Part shown: one piece after another, positions 1-12,794 of the stretch
Layout of the letters: each line of letters starts with the position of its first letter
How positions within the stretch are numbered: the first letter of the stretch is position 1
Origin: Camelus ferus
Lineage: Eukaryota
Length of the DNA stretch: 64,000 nucleotides
NCBI RefSeq assembly: GCF_009834535.1
Contig: NC_045697.1
Coordinates: 108,998,001 to 109,062,000, forward strand
Reading direction: 5' to 3'
Made by a program: the position numbers and the translations under genes
Notes under the pieces: model-generated
Database searches by the model: none
Told to the model about the DNA's origin: nothing
Seen by the model: the letters and a program-made list of their open reading frames with translations, nothing else

Positions 1-1415
1 AATATAGATTTGCACTGACAAGACAAAAATTCAAGGTTTTTGGTCCTGCAACCGAGGACCTGTTGTAACTTTTCCAAAGGGAGGTTTACACGATTTGTAT
101 CAACATCAGATATTTTATATATGAATATATTAAACATCTTTAAGAGATTCATTTTCATGTATTATCTTAAAGAAAAAAGAAACTATTTTGCAGAGTAAAA
201 TTATATGGTGTTCCTGCAACATCCGCACAGAGGCGGCAGCTCTAATGAATGACTGACTGGCTTGTGGAGTTGTGGCAAATACCTTTTTAAAAGTGAATCT
301 GTACCATTGTAATTTTGCTGAGACTTTTCCTTAAAGACGCAGGAATCACACTGTCATTTCTGAGGCTCCTGAGCTTATGAATTTGCGTCACCCAGAGTCA
401 TGGAATGGTTATGTTAGCAATTTCTTTTGATTCATAATGAAACGTGCTTAAAGAATTTTTTTTTGACAGGTAGACTTGAGAATAGAAATTCCTGATGGTT
501 TCTAGAGTAGAAATCTGTGCTTAGAAAGCTAGTTTTTTGGGTAAATTCCATTTTGACAGAAGTGAATTCCTAGATAGCTTTCATTGACTTCCATATGTAA
601 CAATACCGGTTAAGCCTTAAATCACAGATATGTGCCTTCTCAGATGCAGTAATTCTCATTCAACCAGTGTACATAAGTCCATAAAGAAAGCCCCTTTCAG
701 ATAATGTTCGATGCGTCTGTTCCTTCTTTGGAAAGGAGCACTGTGCATAAGTGTTGAGTTTCTTTGTATTTGTTAAACCACATTGAAGGTTTATGGAGAA
801 ATCAACTTTTGAATTTGCTGTTTGATTTTTCTTCATTCCTTTTGCGGAGTGAGGACTCCTGTTCGTCTGAGTAAAGGAAAGGTGACGTGGGTCCGTGTGG
901 TGGTAGCAAGAAGGAAGGGGCTGGGGAAGCCAATACTGTTTCAGTTGCTCAGCACCATTGGTTTTGTGTTCTGTGGTTGGCCTGTCTGCTGTGAGGTTTT
1001 ATCACTAATGTAATCCTTTTAAAATATAAGTTCTCTTGATTTTTGTCATAGACATAAATTAATATTTTGAGAGGTATCGCTTCTCCTGTTCATTTCTTTT
1101 GTGTTGAAATGAAGTACTTAAAATTACTGTTAATACATGAACTTTGTGGACTGTAAGATTTGTTATATATGTTCAAATGCCATTTAGCTGGCTTTTTAAT
1201 TAATATGCCTGTTTTCAGTGCTTAATACAATGTATGTGACTGTAAATCATAAAGCTATTTTAAATCATTCCCTCCTGTATATTTGTACTCTGAGAGAGCC
1301 TTATTTTATTCTTCCAGCAGAATTACTACTTGTGATAGTTCATTTACATTCCCCAGAATGTGCCTCTGGTGTGAATTTTGTATTCTTATTAAAAGTGTTT
1401 GCTGCAGTACCTCCT
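1..1415 (+). other. Probable distal 3' UTR of the upstream gene (ARFIP1 inferred from synteny)
   Basis: AU/U-rich, apparently repeat-free sequence with TGTA elements ending at ATTAAA (1388-1393). No coding exon is in the window. Identity rests only on the recalled human order ARFIP1(+)-FHDC1(+)-TRIM2(+). Confidence 0.5.
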
Positions 1416-3799
1416 TTCCCTGGCTCTTCATGATTTAAAGTAAGAAGTAACTAGTTGGAAAAACATGTGATTTGTCATTAAAAACAATGACAAAAAATGG
1501 TGCACTGAGAACACTGAGACTGTTACTGAAGCTTATCCCATAGAGTGAAACTAGAAGTTTCCTTAGAGACTTTTTTTTAGTCTCTGAGTTTAAGGCCCTT
1601 TTTTTTTTTTTTATACAGATGAAGACACAAAGGACCAAAAACCTATTAAACTGTCTTAGTCAACCCCCGTCTCCAAATGTAATGCCAAATAGGAATTTGC
1701 AACTAAATGTATGAATTCCCCTTTAAATCCTGCCATTTCAACTGCATGATTAAATCAATGTGTCAAGAGTATCATTTCTTCTCTAAAGCACTATGTCTAA
1801 ATGCCTTCTCAATTGAAAAACACAGTCCACCCCCAAATAGAGTCATATTAGATATATTTCAAAGTATATACAATCCACTGATCTTAATGTGTTCTGAAAA
1901 AGAAATCATGTAAACCCAAAAAGGACTATATAAAGTAAAATTATGCATATTGAAAAGCTAAAGATAAATCTTTTAATCATGGGATTGTTAATTTGAAGAA
2001 TAAAGGATCTACCTTTTGTGCTCAGTCTCCTTTACCCTCCACTGAAGATGAATGTAGGTGTGAAAAATAAAAGCAAATTATCTAAATTGCAAGTTCAGTG
2101 CAACATTTGTGTATAATTTGTACTCATTTTTGTGAAGTACTAAGAATTCCTGCATTTTGTCATAATATTCCTTAATATCTTTTGCCACTAGCTCTTTTCT
2201 TGAACCTTCCGGTTGCCTACGAGAGTTGAGACCATCCAAGATCCTTCATCACTCAATTCTAACCAAAGGCTTTTTTTTTTTTTTTAATTATTCACCCTGT
2301 AAGATTGCAAATTTTTATTTGGCTAAGACTATTCAGTTGTAAATAGGCTATTTTCTGATCAGAAGTCCAGTTATATTTTTCATTAGTTCAAAGCTTTTCC
2401 AAGGGCCATAGTTCCTAGACTATTTTTACAACATAGTAAGGCCTGTTAAAATAGAATGACAGTGCAAACAACTTTCCTCCTTTAAGGACTTTCATTAAAT
2501 TCTATTCTGTGTTCCCACTTGAAGGTTTCCTGACATAAATGAGTCTTTATAATCAAGTGCCAAGTGTTTCTCCTAATGTACAGAAAACTATGACATTCAG
2601 CTTTGTTTTTATGAAATGAAGGTTGGCTCTTAGCAGTTTATGTGTGTTAAGTGAGAACTATTTGTTATTCTGGTCCTAACTCTGCTGCGGAAAGAGGAGA
2701 CTCCAGATGAGCAAGGGAAGTTAGACCCAGTCTGACAACCATCACTGTTCCTTAATTGACTGACAATTGATATGCCATCAGAGCTGGTGAATGTCAGTGA
2801 CATTTTTACAAATGAAACTTCCAGTAAAAATAATAATAGTAATTAAGCCAAAGTTTGTTTTGTTTGGGCTCAAGCTAGGCTTTGCCATAAGCATCCTCTG
2901 GCAAAGATTGTAGGCTTTCTGCAACCGTGGGTTTATCACGAGTTATTGATTCATTGGAAAGATGAAAGAACAAGATACCACTTCATTGATGTTAGACACA
3001 AAAGTAACTTTCCTTAACAGACTTTTGCTTTGCTACAAGTGTATGTCTGTATAAATATCTTAGGGGTCAAATGTACACCACACTGGCACAGGGGGTAGGA
3101 GGGAAGAGGGTGGGAGGTGGGAGGGGTTGGGGTGAGGGGTGAGGGGTACATATAGGGAAGTAAAATGTAACCCGTACTAGTCTTCACTATATCTTAGAGC
3201 TTAGATTATTGAAGTTTTAAAGAAAAAGCAAACTCACTGTTAAAAAAAAAAAAGGAGTGGAAGATACTACAGGGTAGGGTGAGGGAAGGTAACTTTAATC
3301 CTGTTGGCTTTGCTGAAAAGTTTTAAAATTATGAAATTTTTAGAATAATGACTTAAGTCCTCAAATTATTTTTATATATGTGACTTGATTTTGATTCTCC
3401 CCCTAAATGATTTATAATTCCATATTAGGAAGCTTTTTATGAAAAACTACCTAAAGTTTTAGGCAGATAATTATACCTCTTTCCTTTGACGAGTATATAT
3501 GTACTTATTATGGCTAGACTCTAAGCTCTTGAGAAGGGCACAGTGTATGCTTTTGATTCACCCTGAATCCTCAACTCTTTGCATAGTTCTTCGCTCACAA
3601 GAGCTATGTAATAAAAATGTGTCCGGTTTTTGATAGAAAGTTAAAATGCAGAAAAGCATTTGATGATTGCACCACCATTTCATTTGAGTTACAAAGGAGT
3701 CGGTACATTTGTAACTTATTCTAAATCTATGTCAGAGTGCTACCCAAGTTACTAGGATGTTTACAGATGAATCACCATTTTTTTTTAACCTAGAGATAT

Positions 3800-4690
3800 T
3801 GGCAAACAGAAAAATTACCATTTTGCAGTCCCTACTGAAATATTGATTCACATAGGGATCTCCAGTGGATGCTAAAGTCATTAGTGATTGAAGGAAAACA
3901 GATTATGTCCATAATACAAAGTATTACCCCACAGATGACTCAGTGTGAACGAGAAGATGCCATTCATCAGAGTTTTGTGCTTACCATCTAACTCGAGTGA
4001 TCAAAGTTAGCATCGCTAATAACCTGACAATCATGTACCTCCAGAAATGATGCAGTAGAAATTATGCAACATCACTTGTGAGATATTCCTGCTGGGAAGA
4101 TTGTTATCAGGCCTTTTGCCTTAAATTCCAGTGAACAGAAAATACCGGGGCAGGCAGGTAAAGAACAAATTAAATGAAAACATGAGGAATTAATTGGACA
4201 AACCCAGAATCTTGGACATTCTGCAAGATAATTGGTGTGGTTTCTTCAAAAAGTCACAAAAGAAAAAAAATATTTTAGAAATTTGTTATAAAATAAAAGA
4301 GACTTTATAATTCAAAAAATAGCTGTATAAAAATTTTGGGAAACAACTGAGTAATTTGTGTATTTGATACAACTAGGGGCTTCTCATTAATTTTTTTAGG
4401 TGTGATTGTGGTATTGTAGAGGAATAGCCTAGGAGATGCATGCTTAAAAAATATTTAAAAGTGAAGTGGTGTGATGTCTGCAGTTTACTTTTAAATGGTT
4501 CAGCAAAAATATATACATTCATATATTTGCTCACATGTTTGGAGAGAAAGCTGGGGGCAAGAGAAAAGGAAGGAGAGAGGGATCTTCAGGTAAACATGGC
4601 CATATGTTAGCAATTCAAATAGGTAGTGGATGCGTGGGGTTTCATTGTGCAAGTCTTTTAACTTTTCCTTTTTTGAAATTTTTCATAATA
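3800..4690 (+). mobile_element. Old L1 3' end fragment (L1MC/L1ME-like)
   Basis: Motifs such as gtgatcaaagttagcatc, ggacattctgcaagataattgg and gtgatgtctgcagtttacttttaaatggttcag resemble recalled L1MC/ME 3' UTR consensus. Boundaries approximate. Confidence 0.6.
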
Positions 4691-6883
4691 AAAATGAGAA
4701 AGGAAATAACTAGGATATTTGGTCCAGAAATGCAGGTAGGATCCTGCTGTCTTCCCTCTTGCACAGGGTGGCAATCAGGGACTGCTTTTGTTTACGGTGA
4801 CATCACCTGCTTCAGCCCTGCAGCTATCAGAACCCCTCCACCAGCATGTGAAAGAATCTGCTTTGCACTTGGAAGCACAGAAATTCAAGAAAGTGTAAAG
4901 TTGAACAGTTTTCTGTTTGTCAGTGAAGATCACAGAAACAGGACATTTGAAGAAGCAGAAATAACTGGTCTCAGGATATGAGACCAGTTAGAAAAAGTCA
5001 TGTAGGAAAACATACATCCACTAAGCTTAGATTTTTCTTTCTCCTTTTTCTCCTCAACTTTCTAAATGGCTATTTGAAACTATACAGGAAGTTAAAACCC
5101 CAAATCAAACTCTAACTTTGTGTTAGCGTACTACCAATTATTCTTGTCTCAATTTTTTCTCCTTTTCATTTAGTCATAAATAAGCATACGTGCTACTCTG
5201 TACTACTTCCTAGATTTCTTAAAACTTAGCTGCTTATAGCTTCACTTACTATAACAACTTAGACTGTTTAAAATAAGTTATATTTGTACACTGGTAATTT
5301 TTAATAACTTACTTTCAATCTGAAAAGATATTTTAAGAACTGGACAAATTGTCCCTAATTCACACTTGTAAAATTGATAAAATAACTTAACTCTTTAAAG
5401 AACTCCCCAAATAAATAATGGATGTTTACATTGTTCTCCAAGTCTCTATTTCCAGTTCCCTCACCCCTACCTTAGGTCAGAACAAGGAAAATCCTGTGGA
5501 TTAAAATTTTCCAACTAGTTTACATCAGTCATAGAAGCAGGGAAAGAAAAAAAAAAAAAAAAGCCCAGATGATGTTTTGAGAATTGAGTTTTTACCATGG
5601 CAACGGTTACTATATAATCACTGGTAATACTAGGTGAGTTGGAAAAAAAACAAATCTGTGTAGGTTTGAAAGGTCATGAGTATTTGCTGAACACACCGGT
5701 CAACATGCCTTTCTTCACCTGACTCCACTAACACCCTCAAGAGGGTCAGAGAGTCCCTGAAGTGGCTCCAGCAATTCCTCCTTGGGCTGGTGTTGGCTAC
5801 CAGAGAAGGCCTGGCCTTTAATTTGTCATTTAAATTTTCCCCATGGTATGTATGGCCTTTTGGAAAAAAAAAAAAATCTGTCTTCGGATTCTCTAAACTT
5901 TGAAACAGCTCACTACATTGTCTTTGTGAAGTTCAGCATTTTCCTCCCATTAAGCCAACCATAAAAGAAGAGAAATCAGTTAGAAATTGCACACCAAGAG
6001 CTATAAGTCTAATGATAAAACTTTTATATATGTATACGGAGGACCTTGCCTAAACTGACAAGGGAAAGTAAGATATTAAAGCTTTACAGCAGGCTGTGGT
6101 CCTAACTTCCCTCTTTGTCCTTAAAAAAAAAAAAAGAAGTGACATAATAAGAGTCTGTTGTTCCTCTTCGGGTTTTCAAGCTTTGGAGCCCCTATTTATG
6201 CTCAAGGCTAGAGCAGTGAAAACAAGCCTTTTTCCCCGAGACACAGTAGCTTCAGTCCAAGCCACCCCCGACTTCCTTGCCAGTGACCTCGACACTGACC
6301 TTGACCTCTTCGAGGAAGAACTCTGCCTGTTTAGTCCGTTTAGCTCACTTTTATGTGAATTTCTGTTCCCAAGTGGTGAGCTGGGCCCGCCCAACTCATT
6401 AGGAAAAATTTCCTTCATGAATTGACTTAATTTCTAGTGTGCCGACTTTTCGTTATTATAATATCTTATTTTCCTCGCAGTAGCCTCTTTGGAATCTTGT
6501 GCACCTCACCTGCGGGAGCAGTTTGCCTGAGCAGACAGTCTCTCCAAGGGTGGGCTTGTCTCTCCTCGTTTGAAATCAGGAATCCCTGTCTCTTTGGTGC
6601 AGCCCTAAAGAAGAGGATCCAAGCTGCATACTTCAATTCTCAATCCTCTGTATCAAATTTCAGAAGGAAGAACTCAGTTCCAATCACTCTTCTTCCCAAG
6701 CTGTGTCCAAGCTGGAGGTGTTTTCAGTGCAGCGCCAGGTGGCGTGGCTCTGGCTTGGATAGCAGTATGTCTTCTGAAATGTTTCATGTGACTGGCCTGT
6801 GCATGCCTGCATTTCTTCAGCATTTATATGTACACTTTTTCTGCCTTTTAATGTTTTTTTAATCATTAAGATTGTCTTAAAAT

Positions 6884-7080
6884 GGGAGGGCAGGGGATAG
6901 CTCAGTGGTAGAGTGTGTGCCTAGCATGCATGAGGTCCTGGATTCAATCCCTAATACCTCTATTTAAATAAATGGATAAATAAATAAACAAATAAGTAAC
7001 CTAATCTCCACCCTAAAATAAAATAAATAAATAAAATAAAATAAAATAAAATAAATTTTTTTATTTTAATTAAAAAAAAA
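6884..7080 (+). mobile_element. tRNA-derived SINE (camelid Vic-1-like) with (TAAAA)n tail
   Basis: A box tagctcagtgg, B-box-like gattcaatcc, A-rich linker, acctaat-cccc motif and A-rich tail. Same structure as eight other copies in the window. Confidence 0.88.
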
Positions 7081-8513
7081 TTTTAAACCATAAAATATTT
7101 TCTTTGTGTGCTTTTATATCCTACCTCAAAGAGCTTGAGTCTCCTCTGGTGAATTCCCTGCTGGATTATAGATGCCTCTTGAGGACAGAACTGTTCTGAA
7201 TATTCGTGTAGCCCTCCCTGGGCCTTGCACACCAAAGGCACTCAGTTCTGTCAATGACGATGATTTTAAAAATAACAATAATGGTTGAATTTCCTGGAGC
7301 CGTGCAAATCCTGGGAATGTATGGTGTGGGGAATACATGCTATTAGTGGTTGAACATGGAAGCAGCCAGCCTTCAGCTCCAAATTGGAATGTTTTGTGCA
7401 AACGTGTGTGTTGGGTGCAGAAGGGTGATTTTACCCTCCTACCATGGCGGCTCCGTCCATTGAAACAGTTCTATCCACGTGGTCAAATGAAAACTCACAT
7501 AAATCAAATCTCATAGTATAGTCTTATTTCTTAGTAGGCTTTGAATCTTAACACTTTTCCCCCCAATACCATTCAGTCCAACAGAATGTTTGATTCCTTT
7601 TTACCAAGTAGCACTAGAGTATTTGGACAAAGAGACAGTATTTGTCTGTAGCTTCTAGGTTTTGAGGGGAGAATTGTTGGCCCAAATATATGACTTAGTT
7701 TCCATCTGGAGGTTAACCTGAGCTCTCCGATTTTTGAGAAGGAAAAGAAACTAACTAGTTGCCTAGCTGCTCACATGTGTGTATTAAACGAGGCATACGA
7801 GGACTGGGGTACCTAGAGTTTCAAGGTTCCCCAGGTAAGGCTTAGCATCTGCAAAAATGGCTTTTGGAAATTTGAAGACAATTCTGGTAGAAGTCTTTTA
7901 CTGTGAGTTCGATGATTGTAGCCTAATGCAGAATCAATCAGCTTACTCTGACAGGGAAGACACATGCAAACAATGTCATTGGTGGTTATCTCCAGAGCTC
8001 TGGCCAAAGTAGAGAAACATGTGACTTGTGTTAACAATCTGGATGCTAATAAAAATTAGGGGGTGAGTCATTATCTGCATGGCTCCCCTGCTCCCACTAT
8101 GCCCCTGTTCCCCCCAGTTAGCCCCTCTGATTTCTTTATGGTGCCTCAACCCAGCCTGTCACACAGGACAAAGGTCTTTGAACCATCAAGTGACTTCTGT
8201 AGACTCTGTACCATGGACCTGGGATCACAAGGGCCCCCTTTTTTATGAGCTCCTGTGCAGTGGAGCTGCCAGGAAAATTCCTTCCTCTGACCTCCCTCTC
8301 TGCCCCAGGAGACAAGGTTTAACCTGATTCTGCCCAGCAGGCAAGCAGGGCTCTTGGATATTAGTCTCCTTATTGAGATCAACCATGAAGACGGCACGCT
8401 TATAAAGGAAAAAATGCAAAACTAGAAAATACGTTCCAATCTTTGATAATGGGGAGGAGGAAGAGGGAAATGAGCTGTGGGAACATTTAGCATTTTCTGT
8501 GCTTTTCTGGCGC

Positions 8514-8632
8514 AGGGAGAGTATAGCTCAGTGGCAGAGTGCATGCTTAGCGCACAGGAGGTCCCAGGTTCGATCCCCAGTACCTCCATTAAATAAATAA
8601 TTAAATAAACCTGATTACTTCCCCCTAAAAAG
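8514..8632 (+). mobile_element. tRNA-derived SINE (Vic-1-like)
   Basis: gggagagtatagctcagtggcagag...ggttcgatccccagtacctcc followed by aaataaataa and cctgattacttccccc. Confidence 0.9.
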
Positions 8633-8763
8633 GAAATTACAAGTCTGATGTATCTCTGTGACCTCAAATATTAAAGTAAATAAGAATCCACAGTGAGAGT
8701 GTATTCAGTTTCTCTGGGAAGAGAAATTACCTTTTTGTTGTTGTTGTTGAAGCTATTGCCAAC

Positions 8764-8796
<33 letters not shown>

Positions 8797-9819
8797 CCAC
8801 CGTGCAGTGTAAATTCAAGTCCTGTGTTTAACTGTGTGTTTGCCTCCAGCATCCCCTGCCCCCCTGCCTCATACAAACCAGACACCTGGAGCAACACTCC
8901 CCATCAATTATCCCACAGAAAGCACAACACAGTTCAAAAGTCAAAAATTCAGAAATCCGTCCACCTGTGCCTTTAACAGAGGGATGCAGTGGGCGGTGAG
9001 TCCAGAGTTTTCTTTAGAAAACCAAACAAGAAAAATGAAAAATAAAGTCATTTGCTCTTTTCCCTAGCCTCATCCTGAGAAATCACCACCAACAGAGAAA
9101 TACTTTGTGTAGGTCAACTTTGCTCTTATTTTATGAAATGACATACAATTTAACTCACAAAAGTTGATCAGAGGCACAAAAACACTAGATAAAACAAACT
9201 TAGAAATGTGAGGGGAAATTTTTTCATCCATTTAAAACTACAAATGACTGAACGTGTAGCACCACACAGATTAAATCGAGGAGCCTCTTGGGTCAGGAGG
9301 AAACCAGCAAGCTAGGAGTAAAGTGTTTCAAGGTTCCCAAGGGAAGTCCTAGGTTCCACTCCAATGCACCCTCTTCAGTTTTAGCCTGGTCAGCCCACTG
9401 ACGATACATATGTGACCTAATGTTGATGCTGAGTGTTTTGATAGGGGTCCTCTTTGTGGCCAAAGTTGGTCAAACCCTGAATCATGGTGTTCCCACCGGA
9501 AAGCTCACTCTCTTCACTTTCTCCAAAAATGCTCCTTTTTCATTATTTTTATAAATCTGGCTTGAGGAATATTAAGATACTAATTGCTGTGGACTGGCTT
9601 TATTCTTTGCTATCATATCCAGAGTATTTACCTTCTGATTAAAATGGAAGCTTAGTGCAGAGAGATTGTTTATAACTGGTCCACTAGACTTAAGTACAGA
9701 CTCAGTTTCCAAGGTGAGTAAAAATGGCTTTATAAATTGCTAAGTCACCAGCATGTCCTTTCTCCCACCTTCATATGCCCTACCAAGTCTTGCACCGGAC
9801 ATGCACATAGTATTTCCCC

Positions 9820-9823
<4 letters not shown>

Positions 9824-9871
<48 letters not shown>
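9824..9871. repeat. (AC)n microsatellite, about 24 units
   Basis: Uninterrupted AC run seen directly. Confidence 0.97.
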
Positions 9872-9873
<2 letters not shown>

Positions 9874-12651
9874 CATCACATCTCAATATTGTTTGTTCGT
9901 TGGGTTTCTGTTTGTGGACAGCTTCTACTGTGTGTGTTATGGTTTCAAATTACTGTTTGCCTTTCTAACTTCTTAGAAGGTAAACAACTTGGAAACAGTT
10001 GGAACCTGTAGCGGAAGAAATTGGCATCTGACATATACTCTTTAATTCCTTTTAGTGAAACTCACAGACTTGTTTTTGATGATGGATAATGGAAAAAAGT
10101 GATACGCTTTCATGTTACATTTTAAAGCTCTTTTTCTCCTCAAAAATTGAATGTCATAACAGCCAGATGTTACGTTTATAATTAATACCAACCAGGTTTC
10201 TAACCACTGCACCAACTGTAAGCTAAGAAAAAGCCCAGCTAAAGGTTTTCTGGGTGAAAACTCAGTGGTACAGACACCTTTTCTCTTACTTTAGTCTCCT
10301 CTTCCATCCCTGTCTACACACACACACACATACACACCCCTTAAAAAGGAGAAAACGGACCATTTGCTCTAAAAAAGACAGATGGGGACAAGGGTCATGG
10401 GGACCAGGGTCATAATTACCTCAGTCCTATACATTGGGCAAGGATTGTCTGTAATCCCTCCTACCCTCAAACAAACCAGGCATTGTTATTGACAAACTAC
10501 CTGTATTTATTTCCAGCAAAGGAAATGCCGTAACTGCCTCCACGGATATCAGCACCGCGTGTGGAAACATTTTCTATTTCAAACTTTCAGAAATCACTAC
10601 TTAGCATCCAGACACAAAGTGTCTACCTCTTAACAATCAGAACCTAGTCATTATTTACTATATTTAAAGGCCACTTGCTATTTAAATTTCTTAGCCTACA
10701 AAAATAAAGCATTGTTTTCTCAGCTCAAAGCTGTTTGAAAAATTCTAGTAATGCAGTCAGCATTTGGCCAATAAGATACTGGCTGCAAATTTGCATTCAC
10801 AGTGACAGTAAAAATTCTACTGATTTTATTTGTTTTACACTTTCCATCCTCTGAAGTAAACAAGGCCTAGCAATTTCTCTTTGAAATGGCTGGTGCTGGA
10901 AGTGTTTTTGAGTCTTTGCATTTGTCTGCAAGTCTGTCCAACTACAGAGTTGGTAGCATTTGTTTGTTTCTTTTGCAGTTTCCAGTTTTAAGAGCAAAGA
11001 CATAGCCTATAATCTACTGAACAGCTGATCTCATCAGATATCTGTTTTAAGAAGAGTAAAAATTAAATAAAGCTCAGTCTGTATCAGAGAGAGAGAGGTT
11101 TAAAAATCAGTGTAATGTCTCAACCCTTTGCCCGAGGGGACTCATTTCTTTGTGTCCATTCTGGCCCCATGGCTCCAAGAAGTCAGCTGATGGATTAGAC
11201 TTACTCCTTGAGCAAACGAGCCTTTTTTAGAGCTGTAAGGTATTCTTTAGAACGGATCCTGACATTTGTTTCATTTTAGTTGGAAGGCTTTGTCTAGTGG
11301 CTCCTAATGACAGATTCAAGTCTGATGACAGAGAAAATGAAAACCTCTCAGGGCTGAGGAGGAGAAGATAGAAGAAAGAAAATGAACTGGGTAATGGAAA
11401 TGGAGCAATCCGGAAGGAACAGCCTGGGAGAGGAAAGGAAAGGCTGCAAACAGAATTCTATAGTAGGGCTTAGAGCTGGCACCTGGGAGGCCACTCTAAG
11501 CACCTGCCATGCATCCTGAGAGGTCTGGCCACACTGCCCCCTGCTTAAGAGCCTGGCAGTGGCAGCAATAAACTCCAAGCCACAAATTCCAGGGGCTGCT
11601 TGGACTTTGGGCAGCCTGACTCCAGGCATCTTTCCAGCCTTCCTTGCAGATAGAGGGGCAGGCATATTTCTGGGATACAACTGAATGGCAGATCTTAACT
11701 CCCGAGCACAAACTTAGCTGAGATGAAGGCGTGGCTAACAATTAATAAATGAAGAATAAATTATCCGCTAGATTGGCAGTCTCAGATCCAATCAATGGGA
11801 AATTAACTGTATTTGAGAGTTGCACTCTGCTCTATTCAAGTATTTTTGCCACCTAATATGCACAACACAGAAAATAAGAGTCAAAATGAGTGCATCACAT
11901 TCCAGGGAAGCACACAATGCTGCTTGAGCAAAATGGGATGCTTCAGATTGTGGAAGCAAGGTGGAGGCAGGGTGCTACCCAAGTGTCAGACTGAAGACTG
12001 CCGCCTCTTCCCTGGAGGCAACTATGTGGACCTATATGGAGGTTTGGAACAGGTAAGTAACATGATGCCATCAGATTTTAAAAGCACTGACCTGACAGCA
12101 GAGTCAGGAGAAGAGAAGAGAGGCAGAAGGAATGCTCAGGCAGTGGGAAGGCAGGAGTCCAGTTTAACTTGTCTAAGCTGGAAAAGACAGAAAGTGGGGT
12201 TTTTAAGATGGTTGTGAGAAGCAAGTGCGATGCCTGACACATAGCAAAAAAATCTTGGTTCCCCCTTCCTCTGATCGGGGCTAGTGTAGTGGCTGTGGAC
12301 ATAAAGCACAGATGCAAGAGATCTTACTTGAGAAAGAGCAACAATTGGGTGTAATTAGATATAAGGAATTTAAAACAGAAAAAGAACCCAGAGGAAAGCT
12401 GGGATTTTGAATTTTAAAAATCAGGTCTTAAGAAAGGGGTGCAGGCAGGAAGAATACTAGTTTTGAGAGACAGCTGAGTTGACTTTTCGACAATTAACTT
12501 GGACTTGAGCTTTGACAGGGGCAATATGGATTCAAGAATCTCTGATATAGAGGTAAAATTGGAAGTGGGTTTACCTCGGAGCTCAAGTTCTCATGCCCCT
12601 CGCTTTTCCCAGACACTTCCAAGGACATATCGCTGGTGTTGTGTTTGTAAG

Positions 12652-12794
12652 ATTTGTTTTGTTTTTGTTTTTGTTTTTTGGGGAGGGGTAATTAGGTTTT
12701 ATTTAATTTTTTTTTTAAATTGAGGGACTGGAGATTGAACCCAGGACCTCCTGCATGATAAACACACACTCTACCATTGAGCTATACCCTCCCC
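12652..12794 (-). mobile_element. tRNA-derived SINE (Vic-1-like) with 12-bp target site duplication
   Basis: Reverse complement of the SINE. Exact TSD tgtgtttgtaag at 12640-12651 and 12795-12806. Confidence 0.92.

Noticed and set aside
4535..4981. 148-aa ORF
   Set aside because: Overlaps a decayed L1 3' UTR. No coding signature.
6176..6418. Minus-strand ORF with SR-like SKRSRSVSRS
   Set aside because: The RS-like stretch is produced by the TGACCT repeats. No RRM, poly(A) tail or TSD to support a processed pseudogene.
8514..8590. Apparent tRNA-Ala gene (and similar heads at eight other sites)
   Set aside because: Each continues into the same A-rich linker/tail, several have TSDs, and the stems are mismatched. 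These are SINE copies, not tRNA genes.
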